This document shows positions 49,685 through 57,964 of a DNA stretch of 64,000 bases, one piece after another. Numbering within the stretch: the first letter of the stretch is position 1; each line of letters begins with the position of its first letter. The translations under genes were made by a program, and so were the position numbers. This stretch comes from Parvularculaceae bacterium (GTDB lineage: Bacteria > Pseudomonadota > Alphaproteobacteria > Caulobacterales > Parvularculaceae), in contig JANQSJ010000018.1 of the NCBI GenBank assembly GCA_028284065.1, positions 10,367 through 74,366 of the forward strand, given 5' to 3'. The notes beneath the pieces were generated by a model that searched no databases, had not been told where the DNA came from, and saw nothing but the letters and a program-made list of their open reading frames with translations.

Positions 49685-51943
49685 TTAGTTCGGTCGGCAT
49701 CCCTCTCCCACCGCCTCCAGGCGGTTCCGATAGAGATCGTTCAACGACAGTTCGGCTTTGATCTTGTCCCATCGATCGCGAGGCGTGAGCGGCCCGAAGA
49801 GATCGACAAGGCGTTTCGCCGGCGCATGGCCTTCGCGCGCCGCCTCCACGAGATAAGCATCCGCCTGCTGAATGTTTTCAACAAGTCCGCAGAGCCGGTA
49901 GCTGGATGCGATGGTTCCTGTGCCGTAAATGAGCGCGAGGTTGAATTTCGCTTCGGCGTAACCGCGATTTGCGGCCATTTTCAGGAACCTTAGGCCTGCG
50001 TCCGTGTTCTGAACGACCCCGAGGCCGGCGACGTACATGACGCCGAGCAGGTTGATGGCGTGAGGGTCGGCGTTCACCTGCGCGGCCGAACAGATAAGAT
50101 AGACTGTTTCAATTGGCGTCAGATCGCCAGTCTCGCTGAAGCCGATTTCCCGCTGGAACATCCGCGCCGCAGCGCGCGACGCGGGGCCATACCTGCCGTC
50201 GATCGCGCCCTCGTAATAGCCCTTCGCCGCGAGGGCGCGCTGGCGGGACTGAAGGTCCACGATTGCGCCGCCTTCGGGATTGTCCTGAAAGTCGCGCGAA
50301 ATGCGGGCGAGGCTGTCCACCGTGTATTCGCAGGTAAGGTTGAGCGCCGCCAGGCGCTTCGCCGCAAGGTCGCCGTATTCGGACTGGCAGGCGCGGCCGA
50401 CGGCGATGGCGCGCTCGAACTTGCTGCGCGCGCGCGCGACGCGGCCGACGGCCATGTCCGCTTCGCCGCGGTTGAAGTGATATTTCGACCGGTCGTCGCA
50501 CGCGAGGGCGCTCTCGCGCGTCTCGCAGTCGCCGGCGGCGTTAAAGACGACGCATGCGTCGGGCAGGCCGTCGCGCGCGGCGGTCGAAATGTTCTCCTCC
50601 GCAGCCGCCCCCGGCGCGTTTCGATAGGCCTGGGCGCCGGACTCATTGCGGAACGCGCCCCTATCGGCCCGCGCATCGCCGCCGGGCCAGCGCGGCCCCC
50701 CGCGCTCGCCGCGCCCGCGCTGAGCGCCGCCGCGCCCGCCGCCGCGGCGGCCGTTTCTCGCATAGTGCGCCTCAATTGCGATCACCAGGTCGCCCAGAGT
50801 GGGCGGTTGGCTGATCCCCTGAATGTCGCCTTCGCGCATCGCCGCCTCGAACGCATCGCAATCCGCGCCGGAAAAGTCGGCGATATCCTCCTCACACGGA
50901 TTAACAGCGCCGTCCCAGTCCGCGAGTTCGGCTTCGAAACGTATTATTGGGCGCTCGTTCTGGCGTTTGCGAATCTCGCCTAGCGCTTCGCTCAAACCTG
51001 TCTTGCCGCAGAATGAATCCTGGTCGCCGCCGAAGCGCGCCGCCAGCAGTTCAAGTTCAGCATTGGCCCGCTGGCGCAGCGCGTTCTCGCGCTGCGCGGT
51101 AAAGCGATAATAGTTCGCCGTCTCCGATCGCCAGTCATAGGCGCCCGACAGCCGGCACATCGAGGCCATATGGAAATAGACATAGGCGAGGTCTTCGGCA
51201 TCGTCCCGTTTCGGCCAGAAATAATCCTTTGGCGGAGTATATCGCAGGGGTCGGCGCATGCGGCGCGCCACCTTCGGCGCATCCTTGCCGAGATAGTGCT
51301 GGCCGAGGCGCAATAACCCCGCCTCCCCGTTCACTTCGTGCAGCGCGACGAACTGCGCCTGCGCCGCCCTGTAGTCCTGGAGCGACAGGTCGAGATCCTT
51401 GAACAGCCGCGGCGCGTCGGGGTGGCCGTTGGCGCCGGCGAGCAGGAAGTGCAAGCCAGCTTCCGGTCGGCGGAAGGTCACGTCCCGCTCATAAATGCCA
51501 AGCAAGACGTGATTTGCCGGATTGCCGATAACTGCGTCGTTCAGAACGACGGAGTCCATTTTCGCCGCGACGACGTGCTTCAGGGTGGAGCTTGCGATCC
51601 AGTCGCCCGTGACGCCTTCAGGCGTGACGATCAACGACCCGGCGCCGCCACGGCCGCCCGCCGACTGCCTGTAGTCGGCGTCGCCGGCGTTTTGTCCGAG
51701 CTGAAACGTTTGAGACACGATGATGTAGGCGATCGCCAATGCGCCGACGATCACGACGACAAAAAAGGTGAACGCCTGCAGCGCGCCAAGCAGGCCCACA
51801 GACCTCTTTGGCTCAGGGGGCCACCAATAGTTGTCGCGGTAGTGGGCCTTCGCGTCGCCGTCGTCTGGAGGCATGCCGCCATGCGCGGCATGTCCGGCTG
51901 CTGCGTGTCGTTGCCGAGCCCCTAATCCCACTGCGCTCCCCAC
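49685..51943 (-). CDS. membrane-anchored protein with a peptidoglycan-binding domain and Sel1-like repeats, function unknown
   Basis: 752-aa ORF. The start is either the GTG at 51943 or the ATG at 51874. It has one TM helix (LLGALQAFTFFVVVIVGALAIAYIIV), an RGG-rich tract (RRGGGRGGAQRGRGERGG) and a PG_binding_1-like segment (LQSRQRALAAKGYYEGAIDGRYGPASRAAARMFQRE). Sel1-like repeats follow (NLLGVMYVAGLGVVQNTDAGLRFLKMAANRGYAEAKFNLALIY). Confidence 0.65.
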   Translation of the reverse strand: MGSAVGLGARQRHAAAGHAAHGGMPPDDGDAKAHYRDNYWWPPEPKRSVGLLGALQAFTFFVVVIVGALAIAYIIVSQTFQLGQNAGDADYRQSAGGRGGAGSLIVTPEGVTGDWIASSTLKHVVAAKMDSVVLNDAVIGNPANHVLLGIYERDVTFRRPEAGLHFLLAGANGHPDAPRLFKDLDLSLQDYRAAQAQFVALHEVNGEAGLLRLGQHYLGKDAPKVARRMRRPLRYTPPKDYFWPKRDDAEDLAYVYFHMASMCRLSGAYDWRSETANYYRFTAQRENALRQRANAELELLAARFGGDQDSFCGKTGLSEALGEIRKRQNERPIIRFEAELADWDGAVNPCEEDIADFSGADCDAFEAAMREGDIQGISQPPTLGDLVIAIEAHYARNGRRGGGRGGAQRGRGERGGPRWPGGDARADRGAFRNESGAQAYRNAPGAAAEENISTAARDGLPDACVVFNAAGDCETRESALACDDRSKYHFNRGEADMAVGRVARARSKFERAIAVGRACQSEYGDLAAKRLAALNLTCEYTVDSLARISRDFQDNPEGGAIVDLQSRQRALAAKGYYEGAIDGRYGPASRAAARMFQREIGFSETGDLTPIETVYLICSAAQVNADPHAINLLGVMYVAGLGVVQNTDAGLRFLKMAANRGYAEAKFNLALIYGTGTIASSYRLCGLVENIQQADAYLVEAAREGHAPAKRLVDLFGPLTPRDRWDKIKAELSLNDLYRNRLEAVGEGCRPN

Positions 51944-52054
51944 AACGCTTCCCCGCTCGATTAATCATAATATCACCGCGCGCCGCGCCACAAGACAGCA
52001 ACGCGCGCCTGCGGCATTCAGCATGTTTTATGAACAACTGGTAATGCTGCCGCG

Positions 52055-52333
52055 TCAATCGTCGTGCGGCGCGACGCGATCGTCGTGGCCGCTGCGATTG
52101 GAGTGGAAAACCAGCGCCATCAGTCCGACGCCGACGCCGATCGATCCGGCGACGCCAAGAAACAGCGCGAAGGCGATATGCGGCCCGCTGGTGAGCGCCT
52201 CGAACTGAAACCCGACAATGAAGATGAGCATCGCCGCGGCGAGGATCGCGCTCGTCGCCGCAACGAAAAGGGCGGTCTTGGATAGGCCGCGCGGCGCTTC
52301 ATGCGACGGCGCGCCATCTCGGTCTTGCGGCAT
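52055..52333 (-). CDS. small membrane protein (2 predicted TM helices), function unknown
   Basis: Track ORF 52055..52408. The ATG at 52333 gives MPQDRDGAPSHE.... The two hydrophobic helices are ALFVAATSAILAAAMLIFIVGF and IAFALFLGVAGSIGVGVGLMALVF. Confidence 0.45.
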   Translation of the reverse strand: MPQDRDGAPSHEAPRGLSKTALFVAATSAILAAAMLIFIVGFQFEALTSGPHIAFALFLGVAGSIGVGVGLMALVFHSNRSGHDDRVAPHDD

Positions 52334-52441
52334 GGGCGTTCGCGGCCTCAGGGTCAGCGCTGCGTCGAGGGGCCGAGCGGGCATAAGACGCGCGGCGTGA
52401 ACGCGCAATGGTTCCCCGCGTCGCGATCGCTCGCTTGGCGA

Positions 52442-53029
52442 TCAGACGCCGCGCCGGCCGAGATCGCGCACCCGCAAGAGGTGCTTTTCCGCCGTCTTCG
52501 GGTCCATGTCCGGCTCGACGCCGCCAATCAGCGTGTCGCGGACGGGCGAGAACCCGGCCATGCCGAGAATGCTCGACTCGAAGCTTTTGACGCCATGGGC
52601 GCCATAGAACATGCGATAGGCGGGCGCGGGCATGCCCATCGTGACGAAGACATGCGCCGATCGGCCCGTCATCATTTTGCGCGGCCAGCCGCCGTCTTCG
52701 GATTCGGCGAGGGCGAAATCATTGCGCGCGAAGTGTTCAAAGAACGCCTTGGTGTAGGCGGGCATGGAGCCGAGCCAGATGGGATAAAAGACAGCCAGGT
52801 GATCCGCCGCGAGGATCGCCCCTTGCGCGGCGGCGACGTCGGGCGGCGCGTCATGGGCGAAGTCGGCCGGATTGCGGAGGACTTCATACTCCATCTTGGC
52901 GAGATCGTGGCGCGCCACCACATGGCCGCCGGCTTCGGCCCCTTCCACATAGGCGTCGGCGAGCGCGCGGCAGAAATGCCCTGGCGCGTCGTGCGGGTGG
53001 CCGATAAGGACGACAATGTTCTTCGACAT
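52442..53029 (-). CDS. NAD(P)H-dependent oxidoreductase, flavodoxin-like fold (NQO/KefF-like)
   Basis: Track ORF 52442..53335; its upstream part overlaps pxpC and is Arg/Ala-rich. The ATG at 53029 is preceded by AAGGAGAAGGA and gives MSKNIVVLIGHPHDAPGHFCRAL.... The product also contains FYPIWLGSMPA. Confidence 0.75.
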   Translation of the reverse strand: MSKNIVVLIGHPHDAPGHFCRALADAYVEGAEAGGHVVARHDLAKMEYEVLRNPADFAHDAPPDVAAAQGAILAADHLAVFYPIWLGSMPAYTKAFFEHFARNDFALAESEDGGWPRKMMTGRSAHVFVTMGMPAPAYRMFYGAHGVKSFESSILGMAGFSPVRDTLIGGVEPDMDPKTAEKHLLRVRDLGRRGV

Positions 53030-53123
53030 GGATGCGCTTTCCTTCTCCTTCGCGAGGCCGGCTCTTCCATTTATCCGCCCGAACAAGGCCCCTCTTTGAT
53101 CGGCGTCAAGGGCGCGCGGGGAC

Positions 53124-54065
53124 TCACAGGCGGAAGTCCGGCAGCCACCGGCCGAGATAGGCGGCTTTTCCGCGGAGGTCGGCGAGGGCCTCTTCGCGCG
53201 TGCGGAGGAGAAACCGAACGCTTGCGCCGGCGCGAAGCTGGCCGAGGAGGTGCCGATCGCCGCGCGCGACGCTGGCGATCCGCGGGTAGCCGCCGGTCGT
53301 CTGCGCATCGCACAGGAGCGCAATGGGCGCGCCATCCTCCGGACACTGAATGACGCCGGGATAGACGGCGCCGCTCTTCATCCGGCCGTCCGTTTCAAGA
53401 TCGAGGCGCGCGCCGTCGAGCCGCACGCCCATCCGGTCCGTCCGGCGGCTCACCGTAAACGCGGCGCCGAACAGCGCCGCGCGCGCCGCCGCAGTCAGGA
53501 GGGACGTTTCCGCCGAAGGACATGCGCGAAGGGCGAAGGCGGCGCCGAAGACGGGACGCTGCGTAAGGGGCGTTTCAATCGTCTCGTCAAACGCGGCGGG
53601 TTCGGCGCGGTCGAGGACGTCCCCAGCCTGCAGCGCTCTGCCCTTATGGCCGCCCCAGCCTGCGGGGATATATGTTGACGGCGAGCCGAAGACCTCATCC
53701 GCGGCGAAGCCGCCTGCGATCGCCAGATATGTCCGTACGCCAAATTTTGGCGGATCGATGCGCAAGCGCGCGCCTGCGCCCAAATGGAGCGTCCGGTGGA
53801 GAGGCGCCGGGCGATCGTCGAGCCAGACGGCGCCCTCGGCGCCGCCGAGGCCGATGGCCAGCGCCGCCATGGTTTCAGCCTCGAAGCCGCCGAGCGTGAT
53901 TTCGATCGCCGTCGTGTGCGGCGCCTCGCCCACAAGCCGGTTGGCGAGCGCCATGGAGAGCGCGTCCGCTGGACCCGCCATCGGCGCCGCCAGCCTGCGG
54001 GCGCCGGCGCGCGGCCGTCCCTGAAGCGTCGCCTGGACGCCTGCGCTGATGACGCGAAGGCTCAT
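53124..54065 (-). CDS. pxpC: 5-oxoprolinase subunit C (biotin-independent carboxyltransferase-like, KipA/allophanate hydrolase subunit 2 family)
   Basis: 313 aa. It starts MSLRVISAGVQATLQGRPRAG and contains TTGGYPRIA. Confidence 0.85.
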   Translation of the reverse strand: MSLRVISAGVQATLQGRPRAGARRLAAPMAGPADALSMALANRLVGEAPHTTAIEITLGGFEAETMAALAIGLGGAEGAVWLDDRPAPLHRTLHLGAGARLRIDPPKFGVRTYLAIAGGFAADEVFGSPSTYIPAGWGGHKGRALQAGDVLDRAEPAAFDETIETPLTQRPVFGAAFALRACPSAETSLLTAAARAALFGAAFTVSRRTDRMGVRLDGARLDLETDGRMKSGAVYPGVIQCPEDGAPIALLCDAQTTGGYPRIASVARGDRHLLGQLRAGASVRFLLRTREEALADLRGKAAYLGRWLPDFRL

Positions 54066-54697
54066 GCGGGCGCGAAACGCACCCGGCGGCCGGCCGAAAG
54101 GACGAGCGGCGACGCCGATGACGCATCGAAAAGCGGCTCGACGGCGCGGCCGACGAGCGGCCAGCCGCCGGGCGAGGCGAGGGCGTAGGCGCCGGTATAG
54201 CCGGCGCTGATTCCGATTGAGCCCGCCGGCACGCGCGCCCGCGGCGTTTTCAGCCGCGCCGCGTCGAGGCGGGCGTCGAGGCCCGACATGTAGGCGAAGC
54301 CCGGCATGAACCCGACGAGCTCGACAAGGTGCGCGCGCGCCGTGTGCCGCCGCACAAACTCGTCTTCGGACATGCCGAGCCGGGCGCAGATGTCGGCCAG
54401 GTCGGGGCCGTCTTCGCCGCCATAGCGCACGCGCACCGTGATCGGCGGCTGCGCCTTTTCTTCCGGCGACCGGTCGGCGTCGGAGAGGGCGGCCTCGATC
54501 GCGGCCGTCACCGTCGCTTCATCCGTCCGCGCCGGATCGAACTGAACGAAGACGCTGTCGAGGCCCTGCGTCGGCTCAAGCGCCGGCGACGTCTCAGTGA
54601 GGCGCGCGGCGAGGCGGCGCGCCGCCGCGGCGTCGGCGACCTTCACGCCGATCGCGTCCTCAGCAAGATGGACGAAAGACGGGCGTTGGGCGGTCAT
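54062..54697 (-). CDS. pxpB: 5-oxoprolinase subunit B (KipI/allophanate hydrolase subunit 1 family)
   Basis: 211 aa. It contains VELVGFMPGFAYMSGLD and PAGSIGISAGYTGAY. ATGA overlaps are present at both ends. Confidence 0.85.
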   Translation of the reverse strand: MTAQRPSFVHLAEDAIGVKVADAAAARRLAARLTETSPALEPTQGLDSVFVQFDPARTDEATVTAAIEAALSDADRSPEEKAQPPITVRVRYGGEDGPDLADICARLGMSEDEFVRRHTARAHLVELVGFMPGFAYMSGLDARLDAARLKTPRARVPAGSIGISAGYTGAYALASPGGWPLVGRAVEPLFDASSASPLVLSAGRRVRFAPA

Positions 54698-55440
54698 GTG
54701 TGCGCCCGCACGTCAACGCCCGTCGCGTCGAGGCGGGCGCGAATCTCCCTGGCCGAGGCGAGGGCTCCGGGCGAGTCGCCGTGCAGGCAAATCGTCTCGA
54801 CCGGAAGGTCGATTTCGCCCCCGCCGTAAATTCGTACGCGTTGCTTGCGCGCGATCATGTCCGCCTGCGCCGCGCGCGCCTCGACGCTCTCGATGATGGC
54901 GCCGTCGAGGCGTCTGTCGCGCAAGGCGCCGTCCGCATCATACGCCCTGTCGGCGAAGCCCTCGGCGATGAAGCGCGCGCTTGCGGCGTCCGCCGCCGCC
55001 GACAGCTTCGACGCCGGCGGGCCCACAAGCGCGCCCCCCGGCAGGGATGCGCCAACCGCGTCAACGACGAGCATGGCAAGCGCGGCGTCCCTGGCGGCGG
55101 CGTTATAGAGCGCCCCGTGGGGCTTCACATGCGTGAGCTTGACGTCGAGCCCATCCGCAATCTCGACCAACGCCGCAATCTGCTTACGGAGCGACGTAGC
55201 AAGGTCGCTTCCGGCGATGTCCATCGCCGCGCGGCCGAAATTCGCCCTGTCCGGATAGGACGGGTGCGCCCCGGCCGCGACGCCATGGTCGCGCGCAAGG
55301 AGGAGCGCTGCGCGCATGGAGCCCGCGTCGCCTGCATGGCCGCCGCAGGCGATATTGCAGCTCGTCACGACGGCGAGAATTCCGTCATCGTCGCCGCAGC
55401 CCTCGCCGATGTCGGCGTTTAGATCAATGCGACGCGTCAT
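54694..55440 (-). CDS. pxpA: 5-oxoprolinase subunit A (LamB/YcsF family)
   Basis: Track ORF 54694..56016. The ATG at 55440 gives MTRRIDLNADIGEGCGDDDGILAVVTSCNIACGGHAGD, the canonical LamB/YcsF N-terminus. Confidence 0.88.
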   Translation of the reverse strand: MTRRIDLNADIGEGCGDDDGILAVVTSCNIACGGHAGDAGSMRAALLLARDHGVAAGAHPSYPDRANFGRAAMDIAGSDLATSLRKQIAALVEIADGLDVKLTHVKPHGALYNAAARDAALAMLVVDAVGASLPGGALVGPPASKLSAAADAASARFIAEGFADRAYDADGALRDRRLDGAIIESVEARAAQADMIARKQRVRIYGGGEIDLPVETICLHGDSPGALASAREIRARLDATGVDVRAHT

Positions 55441-56645
55441 GGGGCGAGCCCCGCCGCGCGCAGGATAGACCGTGCGCCGAGCCCGATCGTCACGATAAGG
55501 ACAACGCCGCCGGCGATGTTGGCGGCGGGGCCGTTGACGTTGTCCCCGAGAAGGGATTTCCGGTTCATTACATAGAGCAGCACCCCGGCTATGACCGGCA
55601 GCAGCAGCCCGTTTGCGTATTGCGCCAGAACAATGAGCGCCACCGGCCGCACATTCAGCAAGCTGACGCCCGCGCCGAAGGCGACAATGGCGAGCGCGGT
55701 CGCGCGAAAGATGAGCCCGCGGCGATCGTCGCGCGCGTTCAGGATTTCGCTGAGCGCGAAGGCGGCGGCCATCGGCGCAGTTATCGCCGAGGTAAGTCCT
55801 GCGCCAAGGAGGCCCGCGCCGATGAGGTATCGCGCGGCGGGGCCGAACGCCGGCTCGATGGCGCGCGCCATGTCGGCAGCCCCCTCGATCGCTACGCGGT
55901 CCGGAAAGAGACTCGCCGCTGCAGTCGCGACAATCAGTATGGAAACGAGGCCGCCGAGCCCGATAGATACGCCGGAATCTGCGCGCGCCGCCGCGAGCCC
56001 ATCGCCTGCGGACCATGTCCGCCGCGCCGCGGCGGCGTGCAGAAAGAGATTATAGGGCACGATCGTCGTGCCGATGAGCGCAATCGTCGTTATCAGGGCG
56101 CCGTCTGGCACGCTGGGGACGAGGCCCCTCAAAAGGCCGGCGAGGTCCGGCCGCACGATCGCGGCCGCGATGAGGAACGCCGCGCACATCGCCATGACGA
56201 GCCCCACAAGCAGCCGCTCCAGCAGCTTGTATTCGCCGACGAGGAGCGCCGCCGCGGCGACGCCTGCAAGCGCCATGACGACTATCCGCCGATCCGGCGC
56301 GGCAGACCCCAGCAGCGCCTCCGCGCCGAGCGCGCCGCCTGCGAGATTGCCGGCTTCGTACGCTGCGGCGCCAAGGCCGAGCGCGGCGAGCGTCAACGCG
56401 CCCGCCGCCGCTTTGCCGAACGCGCCCGGCGCGGCCGCCATCAGCGCTTCGCCGAGCCCGAGGCGCGCGCCAACCCCCAGCCGCGCGGCCATGTCCTGAA
56501 GGATGATGGTTGCGAGGGTGGCGAAGACGAGCGCCCAGACGAGCGCGTAGCCGAACGACGCGCCGGCCATTGCGCACGTCGTCACGGTGCCGGGTCCGAT
56601 AAAGGCCGCCGCCACGATCGCGCCCGGACCGAATCGCGGGGTCAT
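55437..56645 (-). CDS. NRAMP-family divalent-metal transporter (YcsG-like)
   Basis: 402 aa. It contains GPGAIVAAAFIGPGTVTTCAMAG and has about 11 TM helices. Its stop overlaps the pxpA start as ATGA. Confidence 0.85.
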   Translation of the reverse strand: MTPRFGPGAIVAAAFIGPGTVTTCAMAGASFGYALVWALVFATLATIILQDMAARLGVGARLGLGEALMAAAPGAFGKAAAGALTLAALGLGAAAYEAGNLAGGALGAEALLGSAAPDRRIVVMALAGVAAAALLVGEYKLLERLLVGLVMAMCAAFLIAAAIVRPDLAGLLRGLVPSVPDGALITTIALIGTTIVPYNLFLHAAAARRTWSAGDGLAAARADSGVSIGLGGLVSILIVATAAASLFPDRVAIEGAADMARAIEPAFGPAARYLIGAGLLGAGLTSAITAPMAAAFALSEILNARDDRRGLIFRATALAIVAFGAGVSLLNVRPVALIVLAQYANGLLLPVIAGVLLYVMNRKSLLGDNVNGPAANIAGGVVLIVTIGLGARSILRAAGLAP

Positions 56646-56915
56646 CGCGCCACATCCGCCGACGCTTGCGGCCCTTCGTTCATCTGCCGCCCTTGTCCTG
56701 AGCGCGGTCTTTGTGCGGTGGCGCCCATGGCGTGTCGGCTAGTCTCGCTTGCTAGTTAACCCTTCGAGAGAGTCGCGCAGCGCCGCCTCGCGATCAAGTC
56801 GGATGCGCTTAGCCGGTTCCGGGAATTACCCTCGCGGCCGTCCCCAGGTAGGCTAGGCGCGCCCGTCGCGAGGCGCCGTCCTGACGTTGAGGGTTTTGCG
56901 TCACGAGTCGGTAAG

Positions 56916-56945
56916 CCTTGGTCCATATAACCTTGGTCCGTATAA
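56916..56945. repeat. tandem 15-bp direct repeat CCTTGGTCC(A/G)TATAA x2, immediately 5' of the deacetylase-like gene
   Basis: Read directly: ccttggtccatataa ccttggtccgtataa (14 of 15 positions identical). It ends 9 nt before the ATG at 56955. Confidence 0.9.
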
Positions 56946-56954
56946 GGTTAACTC

Positions 56955-57938
56955 ATGTTCGTGCACCTGACAGTCGATACCGAATTCTCCGCCGGGGGCG
57001 TCTGGCGGGACAAGTCGCGCGCGCCCGTGACCGACGCGAATGTCTGGTGCGACGTCGATGGCGAGAGCCAGGGGCTCGGCTTCATGCTGGCGGAGCTGAA
57101 ACGGTCGGGGCTCACGGCGACGTTCTTTGTCGAAGCCGTGCACATCGATATGCTGGGCGAGGAAGCGATGCGTCCGGCTGTCGAGGCGATCATGGCCGAC
57201 GGGCACGGCGTGGAGCTGCACGCCCATCCGATGTGGCTCGCCGGCGCCGATGGCTGGGACGAAAAAAATCCGCCGCATGACGATTGCGCCGACTGTTCGC
57301 CGGAAGACCTCGCCCGCATGATCGCGATCGGCCGGCGCGCTTTCGCCTCCTGGGGCGCGCCCCCGCCGACGGCGTTCCGCGCCGGCGGCCTTTCGGCCGG
57401 AGAGGGCGTCTATCGCGCGCTCGCGGATGCGGGGATCGGGGTTGCGTCGAATGTCGGACTGGGCGTGAAGGCGCCGCGGGAACATCGCCTCAGGCGGTCG
57501 ACCGGGCGGCTTCTGGTGGAAGGCGTCGTCGAGGCGCCGGTGACGAGCTTTCGCGCCATCGATCCGCGCCCGGGGGCGTCGGTCCGGCTCGCCGCCGTCC
57601 GCGGCGCGGGCTTTGGCGAACTGACCGCCGTCATCGAAGCGGCGGCCGCGAACGGCGTTGAGGATTTCATCATTCTCGCGCACCCGTTCGACTTCGTTCT
57701 GGCGGACGATCCGGAGCTAAAGGGCATACGGATTAATCACGCGGTGCAGCGGCGTTTCTCGCGCCTGTGCGCGTGGCTCGCCGCGCGCCGCGACCGTTTT
57801 CCGACGACCACATTCGCCGAGCGGGCGCCGCACTGGACCGCGGCGCCGGAAGCGCCGGACGTCGCGCTGCGCGCGCCGGCGCCGGCGAGCCTGAAGCGTA
57901 TGGCGGAGAGCGCGATCGAGGGGCCGGACAGGCGGTGA
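56955..57938 (+). CDS. polysaccharide-deacetylase-like (CE4-superfamily-like) protein, function unknown
   Basis: 327 aa with an ATG start. It starts MFVHLTVDTEF and contains ATFFVEA and GHGVELHAHP, a pattern reminiscent of divergent deacetylase/WalW-like proteins. The family call is tentative. Confidence 0.5.
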   Translation: MFVHLTVDTEFSAGGVWRDKSRAPVTDANVWCDVDGESQGLGFMLAELKRSGLTATFFVEAVHIDMLGEEAMRPAVEAIMADGHGVELHAHPMWLAGADGWDEKNPPHDDCADCSPEDLARMIAIGRRAFASWGAPPPTAFRAGGLSAGEGVYRALADAGIGVASNVGLGVKAPREHRLRRSTGRLLVEGVVEAPVTSFRAIDPRPGASVRLAAVRGAGFGELTAVIEAAAANGVEDFIILAHPFDFVLADDPELKGIRINHAVQRRFSRLCAWLAARRDRFPTTTFAERAPHWTAAPEAPDVALRAPAPASLKRMAESAIEGPDRR

Positions 57939-57964
57939 GGGCTCCTGAGTAGGGATGGTCGCTG

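Noticed and set aside
56646-56900. Possible Mn2+ (yybP-ykoY) riboswitch in the leader of the NRAMP operon
   Set aside because: On the minus strand I saw GGGGAC... and TAGCAAGCGAGAC, which loosely resemble the conserved GGGGAGUAG and UAGCAAGAC elements. I could not find the complementary P1 strand or a consistent four-way-junction fold. An Infernal/Rfam scan is needed, so I make no call.
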